From: an uncultured archaeon
GTDB taxonomy: Archaea; Thermoproteota; EX4484-205; JAAOZP01
Length of the DNA stretch: 29,128 bases
Assembly (NCBI GenBank): GCA_938045545.1
Contig: CALIBN010000047.1
Span: 1 to 29,128, forward strand
Direction: 5' to 3'
Both the position numbers and the translations under genes were made by a program. This document shows, piece after piece, positions 27,469 through 29,128 of this stretch. Every line of letters starts with the position of its first letter. The stretch's first letter is position 1. The notes beneath the pieces are model-generated. The model worked only from the letters and a program-made list of their open reading frames with translations. It ran no database searches and had not been told where the DNA came from.

Positions 27469-28704
27469 GTGAAAAACAGCCGGGCGTAATCTACGACGAG
27501 GCTAGGGTTCCACCGTATTCTCTGCCAGACCCGCTTGTTTCCTCAGATGGGTTGAGGATCGTTACCTCGGAGCTTTGGATGAAGAGGAGGAGGCTGGAAA
27601 TACTTGAGCTTTTCCGCAGCCAAGTTTATGCCAGAACGCCGATTGATAAGCCTGAGGGAATGTTCTTCGAAATGTGGGATCTGGATCATGAAGCGTTGGG
27701 AGGCGAGGCAACTAGGAAGCAGGTTGCGATCAACTTAACTGGAAGCCCCGATGGGCCGATTATGGATCTACTCATCTATCTTCCGAATGGCCCACCGCGC
27801 CCCTGCCCGTTTTCCTGATGCTCAACTTCACGGGGAACCATACTTTTTACAACGACCCAGCGATAAGGCTTAGGGTGAGACCCGTGCAAGTGTTTAATAC
27901 TCTGGAGGAGAAGGATTTCTTTTCGAGCGATAGGCTCCGCGGCTGGGGGGATTTGCCTAAACTGGTTGATAAGACGCTTGAAAGAGGATATGGGTTTGCC
28001 ACGGTCTGTTACAACGATATTGATCCTGACTTCCACGACGGCTTCAGGAACGGTGTTCACGGTGTTTTTGACAGTTTATTCGGAGCAAGTCGCCCGCCGG
28101 ATGTCTGGGGCGCGATAGGCGCTGGGCGTGGGGGTTAAGCAGGGCTATGGATTACCTTGAGAAAGATGATGAGGTTGATGAGAAACGCGTCGTCATTGTT
28201 GGTCATTCGAGGCTTGGGAAGACAGCCCTGTGGGCCGGTGCGCAGGACGAGCGCTTCGCAATCGTAGTATCCAACAACTCCGGCTGCGGCGGGGCTGCTT
28301 TAAGCCGCCGAAGGTTCGGGGAAATCGTCAGAATCATTAACACTGTTTTTCCACACCGGTTCTGCGCGAACTTTAAGAACTATAATGATCGTGAGGATGG
28401 ACTGCCAGTGGACCAGCACATGCTTATAGCGTTGATAGCACCCCGCCCGGTTTACGTAGCCAGCGCCGACGAAGACCTTTGGGCTGACCCTCGTGGAGAA
28501 TTCCTAGCAACTAAGGCTGCAGACCAGGTTTACAGGCTACTTGGCACGGATGGGTTGCCGGCGGAGGAGATGCCGCCTTTAAACCATCCTGTAATGGGGA
28601 CAATTGGTTATCATGTTCGCTCTGGTGGACATGCCTTAACCCTATATGATTGGGAGAGGTACATAGATTTCGCGGATAAACATTTCAGCCGTAAACCGAA
28701 ATAA
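27469..28704 (+). pseudogene. CE15-type glucuronoyl esterase (4-O-methyl-glucuronoyl methylesterase-like), frameshifted
   Basis: YDEARVPPYSLPDPL, WGAIGA(W)[39 protein letters not shown] and DLWADP across three ORF pieces; apparent 1-nt deletions near 27472-27476, 27809 and 28123. Confidence 0.88.
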
Positions 28705-28885
28705 GCTTGAAAGCCTATGAGTTGCGAAACAATGTCCATTAGGTCTTTGAATAAATTCTGATCTGCCCATCCAGCCAAGAACTACTCAAAATCAGCCATT
28801 TGAAAACAGCCTCTTATGAACTACTCTATACAGTCTGCCTTAACATAGCGCACGCTAACTTGCACACTAAAATAAATGGAAAAGA

Positions 28886-28931
28886 TGCGGGGGGTGGGAT
28901 TTGAACCCACGAACCCCTGCGGGACTGGAGC
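28886..28931 (-). tRNA. Isolated 3' half of a tRNA-Leu (about positions 37-73)
   Basis: GC TCCAG TCCCGCAGGGGTTC GTGGG TTCAAAT CCCAC CCCCCGC A. Variable and T arms are identical to tRNA-Leu(CAA) at 14909; no matching 5' half in the window. Confidence 0.85.
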
Positions 28932-28996
28932 GAGAGAATAATCCGGGAAGCTTTTTAATTCAAATAAGGGTAATAATTTAGGGTAGTGATCCCGCT

Positions 28997-29128
28997 GTGA
29001 GGAAAGGGTGGTGTGGCTTTGACGGCTGCAAGGATTGTTACTATTTCTTTTTAAGGCTTTGCCGCGGTTGCTCTTTTAAGATGTGTCTCGTGGCCCAGTG
29101 CCAGAGGGGTTTTCAATACACCGGGATA
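28997..29128 (+). CDS. Cys-rich protein N-terminus (DUF3795-like spacing); runs off the right edge
   Basis: Manual translation from GTG: MRKGWCGFDGCKDCYYFFLRLCRGCSFKMCLVAQCQRGFQYTGI. Confidence 0.55.
   Translation, partial: MRKGWCGFDGCKDCYYFFLRLCRGCSFKMCLVAQCQRGFQYTGI

Noticed and set aside
1845-28060. Numerous short ORFs nested in or antisense to well-supported genes
   Set aside because: No motifs, and they overlap conserved genes; treated as shadow frames.
14909-28931. tRNA-Leu(CAA) and the Leu 3' half as attL/attR of a 14-kb integrated element
   Set aside because: The fragment lies upstream of the intact tRNA rather than downstream, differs in acceptor and anticodon stems, and the interval holds core genes (tiaS, thiL, aglH) with no integrase.
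1-29128. CRISPR array, IS element, rRNA or defence operon
   Set aside because: No regularly spaced repeats, transposase, integrase or rRNA signature was seen.

Overview
Archaeal chromosomal window. The gene set (EgsA, TiaS, aCPSF1/FttA, two proteasome beta subunits, Lsm-L37e, CTP-dependent riboflavin kinase, AglH) and intron-rich tRNAs suggest a TACK/Thermoproteota-type lineage; that assignment is inference. Most of the window is housekeeping: proteostasis, RNA processing, cofactor synthesis and a surface-glycosylation cluster. There are three complete intron-containing tRNAs: Lys-CTT (a rare D-loop intron plus a canonical one), Leu-CAA and Thr-CGT. The unexplained signals are: (i) an orphan tRNA-Leu 3' half with a promoter-like element and short leader (split tRNA or att site); (ii) a candidate pseudoknotted ncRNA with its own promoter between fttA and lsm; (iii) a decayed two-motif LAGLIDADG endonuclease between two convergent tRNAs; (iv) a secreted-protein cassette bracketed by a diverged duplicate of the 3' end of a nucleotide-sugar dehydrogenase gene; (v) a frameshifted CE15 glucuronoyl esterase. 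All calls were made by eye from the sequence; no database searches were run.
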